Assembly: GCF_001194135.2 (NCBI RefSeq)
Contig: NC_068987.1
Span: 70,092,528-70,126,290 of the forward strand
Source of the DNA: Octopus bimaculoides
Lineage: Eukaryota
Direction: 5' to 3'
Length of the DNA stretch: 33,763 nucleotides
The notes beneath the pieces are model-generated. The model made no database searches and was not told the origin of the DNA. It saw only the letters and a program-made list of their open reading frames with translations. The stretch's first letter is position 1. Every line of letters begins with the position of its first letter. This document shows, one piece after another, positions 1-10,987 of the stretch. A program made the position numbers and the translations under genes.

Positions 1-31
<31 letters not shown>
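1..31. repeat. (AT)n microsatellite
   Basis: Pure AT dinucleotide run at the window start. Confidence 0.95.
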
Positions 32-36
<5 letters not shown>

Positions 37-299
37 ATAGATAAAACTTACTTGGAAATGGATGCGTGGCGTTCGATCATATAATAATATGAATAATATA
101 TAAATATATGCATACACACATACATATATGTATATACCTACATATATATGTATATGTACATGCATATATGGGTACAGGACATCAAATAAACGTAGATAAA
201 ATGAGAAACGAGAACATAAAAAACAAAAACATAGAAAATGGACTTATTTTGGGACAACGAAAGAAAGAAAGAGAGTAACGTGACAGGCAACATAATGAA

Positions 300-372
300 C
301 ATTCCCTTCATCAGTTGTCCCCTGTTTTATCTACTCCGCGTTCCGAAGATAGGGACAAGACGCGACTTCGTT
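300..372 (-). ncRNA. Partial hammerhead-ribozyme-like motif within a repeat (possibly Penelope pLTR-related)
   Basis: Minus strand reads GAAGTCGCGTC, TTGTCCC, loop, GGGACAA, CTGATGA. The CTGATGA core is at 308-314, a 7-bp stem I pairs 315-321 with 352-358, and a GTC triplet lies at 359-361. Stem II could not be found. Confidence 0.3.
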
Positions 373-1203
373 AAAACAGTCCTTCCTGCAAAGTAAATTA
401 AATAAAATTTCGGATTTTTTGCGGAGGATGAAAGTGGTAAGAAAAACAGGACAGTAAGGACAAAACAGTAAAAACAAATGGTGAGGGCTGTTAAGCTAAG
501 ACAATGTGAAGTGGTGAACGCTGAGAAAACGAGCTTTGAGAAGAGACAGGTAGAAGCACATCTTGTATTTAGGAAGGAAGTGGAAGAAGGAAAGATGGAT
601 GACCGTACATATATGTATGTATATATGCATATATGTATATAAAATTTTTATATTATTATATGATCGAACGCGATGTGCATCTATGTGCAATATATGTATG
701 TGTGTGTGTAAATATGTATGTATGTACGTAATTATGCATACACTGTTACAGGCATACCTACACCAATATACCTACGTATTTACAGGTAATATAAGGCTTG
801 CAACAAAACATTTGACTTCTTGATTATGTCAAAGTTGCATCTCAATTCCGAGCAACGACATCACTACATCTACGCCAACCACACTGATGTTACAAGGAAG
901 GGACACCTCTTACAGTAAGGATTCAGGGTATTATTTTACATGTTGACACATGTCGTCATTCCGTGATGAATATTTTAGTTGAGTGCTTTGCCTTTTCGAC
1001 TACGTCTAGCTGATGTATGCAACAGACAACAGAGATCATAAACATCAAGCGTATTTTTTTTAAGGTGAGGAAAGATCACTCCCACTCACTAAACAACGTG
1101 TGCGATATTCTTTTTTATACATTTATTACAACCGTTCTCTAATTCACATTTTAACTAATCTTTCGGGATAATCATTAACATGAGAGCAATTATTGATTCA
1201 GTA

Positions 1204-1416
1204 GGGCGGCAAGCTGGCCGAAACGTTAGCACGCCGGGCGAAATGCTTAGCGGTATTTCGTCTGACTTTATGTTGTGAGTTCAAATTCCGCCGAGATCGA
1301 CTTTGCCTTTCATCCTTTCGAGGTCGACAAATTAAGTACCAGTTGCGTACTGAGGTCGATGTTATCGACTGGCCCCCTCCCTAAAAAATTCGGGCCTTGT
1401 GCCTAGAGTAGAAAAG
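1204..1416 (+). mobile_element. tRNA-derived SINE, full length, with target-site duplication (octopus-type, Meta-domain-like core)
   Basis: tRNA-like head with B-box GAGTTCAAATTCC, central GACTTTGCCTTTCATCCTTTCGAGGTCGACAAATTAAGTACCAG, and AGTAGAAAAG tail. Flanked by AATTATTGATT(C/G)AGTA at 1188-1203 and 1417-1432. Confidence 0.9.
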
Positions 1417-2054
1417 AATTATTGATTGAGTATTATGCATTCAGTAAATGATGTTTCCATTGCTTTATGGGAACTGATTCTTCCCAGCTTTATAAAAAAC
1501 AAGATACTGGCGATAGATGTTTCATTATATATACTAAACAGGGTGTTTCGTGGATTTTCCGTTTATCAGAGCGGTGAATTGCTAAAGAAAATCCTCTCCT
1601 ACAGTTTTCAGAAATACTTCAGAGTTAAACATTTGGATCATATATCCCCACTTGCATATTATATATACATAGATACATAGATGTGTGTGTATGGGGATGT
1701 GTGTGTGTTTGTGTGTGTGTCAGTGTCGATTGCTGCTACCAAATCAAACAACTGAAACACTACAAATTGTATTTCATGGACATGTCTTTTCAGCTGTTTG
1801 TCATATAACTAAATATCATTTCTTAATTCTATTTCTTTAGGAATATTAGCAATGTATTGCATGCCTTTTACTCACGAAGGAAGTACCTACACACACACAC
1901 ATTCGCACATGTACGAACATGTGCATATATATATTTGTTGTCATATATATATATATATTCTGTTGAGGCTGGGGAAATTCATTCTCTTTTGGTGCCTTAT
2001 AATTTAACAGACTCACCGGTAAAATTTCCACTTATTTCTTATTTTTATTTTCCA

Positions 2055-2139
2055 AAAATTTTCGTTGCGTCTTGCAAACTTTCCAGTAGTTTTGAGAGTC
2101 AAAACTATTGAAAAGTTTGCAAGACACAACGAAAATTTT
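2055..2139. repeat. 41-bp inverted repeat (hairpin) with 3-nt loop
   Basis: Arms 2055-2095 and 2099-2139 are reverse complements with 3 mismatches; the loop is GAG. Confidence 0.95.
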
Positions 2140-2151
2140 AGAATGACTCTC

Positions 2152-2572
2152 NNNNNNNNNNNNNNNNNNNNNNNNNNNNNNNNNNNNNNNNNNNNNNNNN
2201 NNNNNNNNNNNNNNNNNNNNNNNNNNNNNNNNNNNNNNNNNNNNNNNNNNNNNNNNNNNNNNNNNNNNNNNNNNNNNNNNNNNNNNNNNNNNNNNNNNNN
2301 NNNNNNNNNNNNNNNNNNNNNNNNNNNNNNNNNNNNNNNNNNNNNNNNNNNNNNNNNNNNNNNNNNNNNNNNNNNNNNNNNNNNNNNNNNNNNNNNNNNN
2401 NNNNNNNNNNNNNNNNNNNNNNNNNNNNNNNNNNNNNNNNNNNNNNNNNNNNNNNNNNNNNNNNNNNNNNNNNNNNNNNNNNNNNNNNNNNNNNNNNNNN
2501 NNNNNNNNNNNNNNNNNNNNNNNNNNNNNNNNNNNNNNNNNNNNNNNNNNNNNNNNNNNNNNNNNNNNNNNN
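2152..2572. other. Assembly gap
   Basis: N run. Confidence 1.
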
Positions 2573-3157
2573 ATATATATATATATATGCATAATAACAC
2601 ATGATTTTTAAGGTAAATATTTTTTGTTCAAAGCGATTACTGATGGTTCAATAAAATTGAAAATAATTATGTATTGAGCGCTAATACATAGACTGGCACA
2701 CAAGATCTTCTAATGTGAACAGACACTTGCAACATAGAATCTAGCCATATGATGAAACAAATACAAACATGCGAACACACTCATAAATATACGTGTGTGT
2801 TTGTGTGTATCGAGAAAGAGAAAGTATGTGTGTGTGGCTCTATATATGTGTATGCATCGTCAGATTTTGTCTTTTTTTTGTTTTTGTTTTCAGTCTTAAT
2901 CATTCATATCTAATCAAACTTAACAATATACTGCTAGTGTTTGAAGCTGTGTAATTTAAAATTTTTCTATCTGAATAAATATGTACACATATTTCATCTA
3001 TGTATATCATCCAGCGTAATTCCTATATCCTATATAAATGTGAGCAAGTACACTTTTAATCATATGCCAGCGCTTTTGTACATACATAGATATATTTATC
3101 TACATCTCTCTCTCTCTCTCTTTATATATATATATGTATCTGTGTTTGTGTCTATGT

Positions 3158-3257
3158 NNNNNNNNNNNNNNNNNNNNNNNNNNNNNNNNNNNNNNNNNNN
3201 NNNNNNNNNNNNNNNNNNNNNNNNNNNNNNNNNNNNNNNNNNNNNNNNNNNNNNNNN
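3158..3257. other. Assembly gap (100 N)
   Basis: N run. Confidence 1.
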
Positions 3258-3372
3258 CAATGCTTTAGTTGGGCAGAAGCTACAGTAGGAAACAATTGCC
3301 CAAGGTGCCACGCAGCGTGGCTGAACACAGAACCATGCGGTTGTGAAGCAAATTTCTTACCATTTAACCCCG
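3258..3372 (-). mobile_element. 5' part of tRNA-derived SINE (CORE-like family), cut by the gap
   Basis: Reverse complement reads GGTAAGAAATTTGCTTCACAACCGCATGGTTCTGTGTTCAGCCACGCTGCGTGGCACCTTGGGCAATTG, a tRNA-like head followed by a CCTTGGGCAA core. Related to the copy at 22366. Confidence 0.8.
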
Positions 3373-4244
3373 TATATTTATATTTGTGTTGCATATATAA
3401 TTTTATCTCATTGAAAGTCGTTTCATCTTGATGATATCGTATCATACTTGAGTGGAATAACAATGTGTAAAAAATGGTATCATGTTTTGAAATAGAAATC
3501 ACATTTAATAAAGCAATGAGATTATAATAAGAATCTCTTAGAGTTATTAATTAGTTCACAGTTCACAGTCTGAGTTTATCATGGATGGCACCTAAGTGAA
3601 GAGATTTGATTTGTTGTACGTGTTAAATTTTCCGGAACTAATTACATTTTATCTTCTCAAGAATCGTTTGTGTCGCTACGGATCACATGGGTAGCGAGCA
3701 GATGGAATTAAACCTAATTTTAAAAGTTTTGTCCCCTTCTTGCGTTCATGCTTCATTCTTATAAAAAATTGATTAGCTGTAATTTTTGTCACGACGAAAG
3801 GAATTGTCTAAAGATGAACAGAAGAAACAGATTGCTTGAGAGAACAATGCACCAAAAGAGTAGGAAAGGAGGTGTGGTAGTATGTGCATGGATGTGTGTA
3901 TAATCACGTAAATGTGCATTCATGTGTGTGCATGTATGTGTAAACGTAATGTGTGTGTAGGTGCATGTATGCACTTGTGTGTATGTATGCATGTGTATGT
4001 ATGTGTGTGTATTTCAACTGGATTTACTGCAAATAAAAGTTTGTTTCAGAAATAAAATCTAAACCGTCTGGGAATAAAGTAAGTGTTAAATTCTGTCTAC
4101 ATTGTTTAGTCAACATGTGGATTACTGTTTGCAATCAATGGGGATAGCCACAAAGGAAGAAACTGTAAAACTCCACTGTCTCCGTAATAAATATTTTCGA
4201 CTAATCTTTTGATTTACTTATTGATGTTTGGCATTTTGAAGCTC

Positions 4245-4335
4245 GTTTGTATAGCTCAGTTGGTAGTGCGTAAGACTTTTATGAGATTATTTTGCAGGTG
4301 ATCTGAAGGTTTGTGTTCTGGTCCGTCTGCAGACA
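4245..4335 (+). pseudogene. Intron-containing tRNA-like pseudogene, anticodon TTT (Lys-like)
   Basis: Acceptor stem GTTTGTA/TGCAGAC pairs fully (two G-T pairs); A-box TAGCTCAGTTGGTAG; anticodon TTT at 4278-4280; 19-nt insertion at 4282-4300 after position 37. D and anticodon stems each have a mismatch, and the T-arm/B-box is degenerate (GTTCTGGTCC). Confidence 0.65.
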
Positions 4336-4353
4336 TAAGGACTCTTTGTAAAG

Positions 4354-4544
4354 TAGAATCGTTAAGCACGCCGGACAAAATGTTTAGCTTCATTTTTTCA
4401 GTCTTCATGTTCTGCCTTCAAATATCATGAAGGTCAACATTGACGTTTAAGAAATGGGGACGATAAAAATGGAGCAAGCTAAACACCGGAGTCGATATAA
4501 TTGACAACCCACCCCACCCGAAAATTCAGGTCGTGTTTCTGATT
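4354..4544 (+). mobile_element. Decayed SINE (same family as 1204)
   Basis: AGAATCGTTAAGCACGCCGGACAAAATGTTTAGC head, GTCGATATAATTGAC 3' part and CCCGAAAATTCAGG end, followed by (GTA)n. Confidence 0.75.

Positions 4545-4595
<51 letters not shown>
4545..4595. repeat. (GTA)n microsatellite, probably an expanded SINE tail
   Basis: Pure trinucleotide run directly after the SINE 3' end. Confidence 0.95.
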
Positions 4596-4799
4596 AGAGC
4601 AGGAGGAGGATGTGCTGCAACAGCGCATCACTGCATCCACCATTAATTTATGATTTCCTACCCCTGACGGACAATATGTTTGCTCCACTAGGGCGGAAAC
4701 CCTTCAACATATGGCTCTTTTGGGACAGTTGTTGCTGGTGAAGTCTTTCTCAGGTCGGCGTGTAAATCTAACCTCAATCTTTTTTTAGTTGCCTTTTAC

Positions 4800-4958
4800 T
4801 ACACGTAGGATAAACATCGGGGTGCTTTGACAAATCAGTTCCCTCACAACACTAGAGCAACATGAGTTTTCTCAACCACACAACAAGCCACCAGGTCCGG
4901 GGATCGAACCCACGATCTGGTGATCGTACTTTCAATGACCGAACTACAAGCCACGCGT
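4800..4958 (-). mobile_element. Decayed tRNA-derived SINE (family of 8280)
   Basis: Reverse complement starts CGCGTGGCTTGTAG...GTGGGTTCGATCCCCGGACC (B-box), then TTGTGTGGTTGAGAAAAC...GTTGCTCTAG. Confidence 0.7.
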
Positions 4959-5861
4959 AGGTTACGAACTAATGTCAACTTTGCCGTTCATCCTTCTGTG
5001 GTCGTTGATTTAAAATCCAAGAAAGACTTCGTGTTCAGTATAATCGAATGAATCTACCTCAGCTTCACTAGATTTCCGCCTAAACCAGAAAATATAAAAT
5101 TGTATTTATGTAATTGAGTGTGTGTATGTGAGATGGCTAATATATTAATTAAGGAAGTTGCAATATCCGTGGCAGTAACAAAACGGAACATCAATAAAAT
5201 CGGAATCAGTAACACGATAAACAACTACACTAACAGCGTTAATTAATATCTGTAACATTTACTACAATAATAAACTATATCATTAATTACACGCCTATGT
5301 GTCGGTCTTTCATTTCAGTTTGACTAATTTGGCGCTATTCGACTACTCAATCACATCTGACCAAATCAATAGCAAAACATCAATCATTAATATAACAACA
5401 CAAACGACCCCTGGTTGTGACAAATATATGAATATTAGCACTAGTAATAGGGTCTCTTTATGGTTACACCTTATGCTAGAAATACCAGCCAAGTCTCCCT
5501 TCAGTTTCACCTTACAGTACTAAAGAAGTGAAGAATATAGTAAATAATACTCCTCCTAGCTTGTCTAAAGAAGACGAATAGTCACGACTGAAATATTTAG
5601 TGTTAGGATACACGATATGTTCTTTTATGATGCTTAGAAACATCAGCTAAAATGCAAACAGTATTCGAACCAGTGACGAAATAAGAAGAAAGAGACAGAC
5701 AGATCTGTATCCACAACAGTTATACTTTAAAACTATTCTTTGGCATTATGTGTCAAAGAATATTATAATACATCACATAAGAAATAGCTCTGACAGTAAC
5801 ATATCCCAAAACTGCGTAAAAAGAAACAATGGAACGAAACGCAAAATAAAAATAGAAAAAT

Positions 5862-6070
5862 TAATAGTTTCAAATTTTGCCACAAAGGCTGCATTTTTGG
5901 GCGAGGAGATAAGTCGAAGACACTCGACCCCAGTGTTTAAGTGGTAGCTGTTATTATCGACCTGGAAAGGTAAAGTCGACCTCGGTGGAATTTGAACTCA
6001 GAACGTACCAACGGGCGAAACGCCGATAAGTATTTCGTCCAACGTGCTAACGATTCTGCCAGCTCGCCGT
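5862..6070 (-). mobile_element. SINE (family of 1204)
   Basis: Reverse complement reads GGCGAGCTGGCAGAATCGTTAGCACG...GAGTTCAAATTCCACCGAGGTCGACTTT...GGGGTCGA. Confidence 0.88.
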
Positions 6071-6698
6071 CTTAAGACTAGAATGATTGATACTATATCA
6101 TGATAATCACTGAAAATACTTATCTTGGTTAAAATACTGAATGCAAAACTGAAATTTGATATATTTTTCAAAATATATTTTCGTATAAACATCAAATCTA
6201 CTCATTTAGCTGAATGGTACTAGTAACAAAGAAAATTAATTTACATTACATATTTTTATATTGAATGACGAATTATTATCTGATAATTTTAGCTTCTATT
6301 TGGCATTTGGTTCACATAGCAACAGCAGACATCATGCCACGATTTTTCAATGTGATCGTATGATTTATTGTCTCTGTGCTGCTTTCCCATCCTCTTTGTC
6401 TCTGAATTGCATCCTCATTATCTCAAGCTGTGCCATACAAGAAAATTTGCCAGCAATAAGGTGTAACACTAAGACATTAAGACGGAGAAAGTCTTCTATT
6501 TAGCTGCAAGACATCATGCATATAAAAACAAAAGACAGCAAATAAAGAAAATAGGGAGAAAAAACGCTGTCACAGAAAATCATCCAAGTTTGACTGCAAT
6601 TTTGAAGTGATCTTATAAATTGCAGTAAATCAGAATGGATAAATAGCTTGTTACATGAGGAAACATTCATTAAGTAATTTTCGTATACGTCTCTTTAG

Positions 6699-6749
6699 TC
6701 GTCCACGAAACTCAATGTACAATTTCAAGTACACTCTTCCAAAACTCAA
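6699..6749 (+). CDS. Candidate 51-bp internal exon, product unknown
   Basis: Acceptor TCTCTTTAG and consensus donor GTAAGT; length divisible by 3; open in all three frames. No homology recognised. Confidence 0.2.
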
Positions 6750-8279
6750 GTAAGTCTCATTCATTAAGGTATAGAAATTGTTCCTACAGTGGAAGGAGGT
6801 CGTGCAACATAAACTCTAAAACAAGTTTGCCTGAACATTCGAAGAAATTGCATATGCACATGGCCTTGTACAACATTTTAACATGTAGATGTACTTTATG
6901 CAAAATAAGAGAAATATTGTATTAGTGTTAATGATATTATTGTATTAGGTTCATGGCCGACAGTATCTTTAACTGAACTGACGTCACAGAGTTATATTAA
7001 AAATGAAAATTTTAAACATGACGCTTATAGTTCTTTACCAGTTTGAGATTTTATATAGAACCTATTGCAGTTTTGAACTATAAAAACCATCCATAGATTA
7101 TTTCTTATATTTGGTCACAAGAACACCTGAGCGCATTTCTGCACTATTCGAAGCAAAGGGGTGGGGTATCATACCGAATACCGGGCAGTACAATATTCTT
7201 ATTTGTAATTTTATGATTTCGAGATTCTCTGCTTATTTAATGATATGATGCATTTCTGATTTTTCATCTACATATTCATTATATTATAAACCAACTTTAT
7301 TAGTGTATTCAGTCTTATGACTAAGGTTGCGTATGGTTATATCGTTTACTTTATTTTGTACGACTATATTTGTTGTATAACACGTCAACGGATCTCGTCA
7401 CACATCTACAACATGGTCAAAGGCATTCTGTTTTACTGTAGCCAGTGAAATAGAGAATATGCTGTGATACTTAGTCAGTAAACAGTTTGTAGATATGCAA
7501 CAAAATTGTTTAGCACTAATAGGGAATTCAACGTTAATAGAAATGTAATATACCGGTTTATTTATGGTTAGAGTGTCCGAGGAAAGAACATTTCTCTTGT
7601 AAATGATGCCATTAATGTCCCCCTTCAACTTTTGTCAGGCAAAAATTAGATATATACTTAATCAAAAGAATCATTCTAGAGAGCTCAGCTATATGTGATC
7701 TCTGATTGACTCGATCATACATAGTAACTTGATACTGAAAAACACTATCGAAAAAACACGACTATCGAAAAACCAAAATAATGGGGTGTTTTTTCTCTTA
7801 TAAAAATATTATGATGAATGCAGCATAACCAATCTGCATGATGCTAAAATATTTGCTGGAACCAAAGTTGTCGATAGCAAATATAAAGGTTAAACAGATA
7901 GTATGTGTATTTGGAAGCAATATTCGGTGAACATTTAAAGACCAACAACTCTTTTAATCTTTACATAAAAATATCGGTCTCTATAAAAAAAATCAAAGTT
8001 TCTAGAAGAGAAGAAAGTGAGACTTCATGGCATTTTGAGATCTACTTGGGCTGATGCTTTTGATCTAATGTCATAATGGCTTCAAGGCAACTAGAAATCT
8101 TGTTGTACATCGACATGGTCACTGCTTCAGTTTCACTATACATTCGTTATTTCAACGGATACAGTAGAATAGAATGCCGTTGAACATGTAGATGCATAAC
8201 AGATATGCATGTGAGTTGAAATGTTGGCGAAAAAAAATCCTCTTTTATGAAGATATGGTTCATGTATATAATTGTTGGT

Positions 8280-8537
8280 GGAGGCGCGTGGCCTAGTGGT
8301 TAGGGTGTCAGCACCATGATCATAAGTTTGTGATTTCGATTCCTGGACCGGGCGACGCGTTGTGTTCTTGAGCAAAACACTTAATTTCACGTTGCTCCAG
8401 TGCACTCAGCTGGCAAAAATGAGTAACGCTGCGATGGACTGGCGTCCCGTCCAGCGGGGAACACATACGCCATTGAAACCGGGAAACCAGGCCCATGAGC
8501 CTGGCTAGGCTTTAAAAGGGCGCATTTATTTTAATTT
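8280..8537 (+). mobile_element. Full-length tRNA-derived SINE with CORE-like centre and probable TSD
   Basis: Head GGAGGCGCGTGGCCTAGTGGTTAGGG (A-box) and TTCGATTCC (B-box); centre GTGTTCTTGAGCAAAACACTTAA; GCGATGGACTGGCGTCCCGTCCAG segment; T-rich tail. Flanks TATATA(A/G)TTGTTG at 8265-8277 and 8538-8550. Confidence 0.88.
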
Positions 8538-9617
8538 TATATAGTTGTTGAAGATTTTGGTGACTAAGTGGCCGTAGGGTGACGACGCAAGGAGGTAAAG
8601 AGGATTCAATGAAGGTTATAAACGTATGCATAGGGATTCAGCTTCCAAGTTCAGAGGGTTAGAAAATGGGAGAAATAAAGAAAACAGTAGATATGGTGTT
8701 CTAATGAATTGGTCGAATAGTTTTTACACTATTAGCTCATACGTATAGCACGAGGACCATTCCAGTTATGTCAATAATGTTGTTATACAAATCGATTTTG
8801 AGGATCAGAAACTGATCAAACTTGTAGTATTTGTTTGTTTAATAGAGGGATTTTCTTTTATACTGTATAATGTGTGAGATGACGCATTTACATTCACTTT
8901 TATTAGGTCATATTCTGAACGTGGTTAATATGTATAATTCTGCTGTCTTAAAAATATAGGTTATTATGTTTTCATCAGATTATGCTTTACTGGTAGCTCA
9001 TCCGGAACAATATGAAAGTCATGCGTAAATTAGATAGGCTATGCAAGTTTAATAGCTTAATGTAGGGAAATATCTAATCCAAAATAGTACAATGGTTTAC
9101 TCACACGTGGGATTATCTACAGAAGGACGTCGTGAGTCTATTACATTATTTAGAACTTGGAAAAAATAGCAGGAATCACAAAACAATACAAGATATAAAT
9201 AGCAAGAGGAATTATTAAAGAAAATCATCGAAGAATAGCCGACGGGAAGAAAAACACAAAAATGGACTGAATATACAAAAAATATAATAATAATGTAAAA
9301 CTACAATCATTGATACAAAAGGAATGAAAACTGGGCATAAAGAAAGCAGTATTAACGAATGAAAGAGCAAACAGGAAACGGAAAACATGTAAGGAAAAGA
9401 TGGAGAAAAAGAGAAAGAACATAAGAAAAAGAAATAAATAGATTTTAGTGGGTGCTTTACTTAAAAAGTAGTCAAACAGAAATTTGCAAAAGAGGTGAGA
9501 TGAAATGTAAAATAATAGACAATAAATGAATAAATAAAATACAAAAGAAAATACAAGCAGATGGTAATAAAATAGTATAAAATGTAAAAAATTACGAAAA
9601 AGTACATCTGAATGTAA

Positions 9618-9633
9618 AATAATAATAATAACG

Positions 9634-9694
<61 letters not shown>

Positions 9695-9779
9695 TAATAA
9701 TAATAACAACAACAACAACAACAACAACAGCAACAACAACAACAGCAACAACAACAACAACAACAACAGCAACAACTAC
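9618..9779. repeat. Compound (AAT)n-(AAC)n-(AAC/AGC) microsatellite
   Basis: Directly visible; it generates the poly-Leu ORF 9461..9775. Confidence 0.95.
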
Positions 9780-9796
9780 AATATTGAAAATAATAA

Positions 9797-10155
9797 TAAA
9801 TGCCCTGATGCAGTTCCAGCTAGTGGTCCTCTTGGCTTCTGATCGTAACTGATTTGTAGTATTATCATGTACATTGTTTTGTCTTGTTATAAAAGATGGG
9901 CTACACCAAATATTCTGCTCAGTACCACAGATTTGCTTGTCAGTTGTTTGACCTTAACTAGTTGAGCATGTCCCTTTGTGACTGAAGATATGTGCATCTC
10001 TGATCACGAGCAGAAGTAGTGGGGGAGTATCAGAGCCATGTGTTGAGAAGAATTCTTTGGGGTTTGAATAATTCATCTCTGGAAATATCCTTAAACAACC
10101 CTTATTCTGGGACCTTTTCAGCGACATGGGCCACTCTACATGAAGAAAATTCTAG
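9797..10155 (-). mobile_element. Interspersed repeat, probably the 3' end of a retroelement whose tail is the adjacent trinucleotide tract
   Basis: Sequence TAAATGCCCTGATGCAG...GAAGAAAATTCTA recalled as an abundant octopus repeat; it abuts the AAT/AAC tract. Confidence 0.55.
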
Positions 10156-10987
10156 CTGAAAGTGCGTTCAAGAGTTCATCAGCTCTAGAACTTTAGATTT
10201 TTATGTTACTGTAATAAACAAACTTGTAACTCGTTAACAAAAATGTGTTGATTGTAATGGCACTTACTTTGATGAATAAAATTTCCGATTAGTTGAAATA
10301 TATTGTGATGAATTTCCTGTTTCAAAACGTTGCTTACTTTTTATTCAGCCTGATATAATATACTGATAGTAATATCAACAAAAAAATTTCTCCATCTGGT
10401 GAGAGATAAATATTATCTAATAAACATAAAACACATTTTATGTGCTGCTATTGGTTTTATGTGCTGAAGACATGCAAATCAATATTTTAAACCACATCTG
10501 ATATCTTGGCACAGTCATCAGGCACATCCCATATGGCTCAACGAAATAAGAATAGAAAGAAGAAAAGAGGAAAAGGTGAGAAAGGAGCATATAGAAAAAG
10601 TGGAAGGTTGAAAAACCGGAAAACGTGTAAGTAATCAGAAAGAAGCAAAAAGGGGGGGGGGTTATTCCTTTAGACCTTAAATTATAAGGTTGTAAAAATA
10701 GTGGCTAAGAGATTATGGTGCAGTTGTTAATCAGACGGAGGAAGAACTTCCGAATCCTCTGAAAATTTCTTATCTAGATTTCAGCAGTGAGTTAGAGATT
10801 TTAAGTTTGAAAAGGATCTAAGTACTTACAGCTAGGCACAGGTTACATTTTTTATCCGTTAATATATGATGTAGATTTTTTATTATTATTTCCCACTTTA
10901 TCGTATATGGTGTTGCGTTATATTTCAAACTCAATACGTGGCTAACTAATTTAGTATATTTGCTTTTGTTGCTATGTCTTAAGGAAG

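Noticed and set aside
2013-2604. ORFs of 150-195 aa
   Set aside because: They consist almost entirely of N-gap (X) residues. The same applies to the ORFs at 15358-15993, 24552-25682 and 32209-33564.
4479-4688. Poly-Tyr ORF
   Set aside because: Translation of the (GTA)n tract.
6330-6510. Minus-strand acceptor and protein-like frames
   Set aside because: Frames after the best acceptor stop within 9 codons, and no homology was recognised.
9461-9775. Poly-Leu ORF
   Set aside because: Translation of the AAT/AAC microsatellite.
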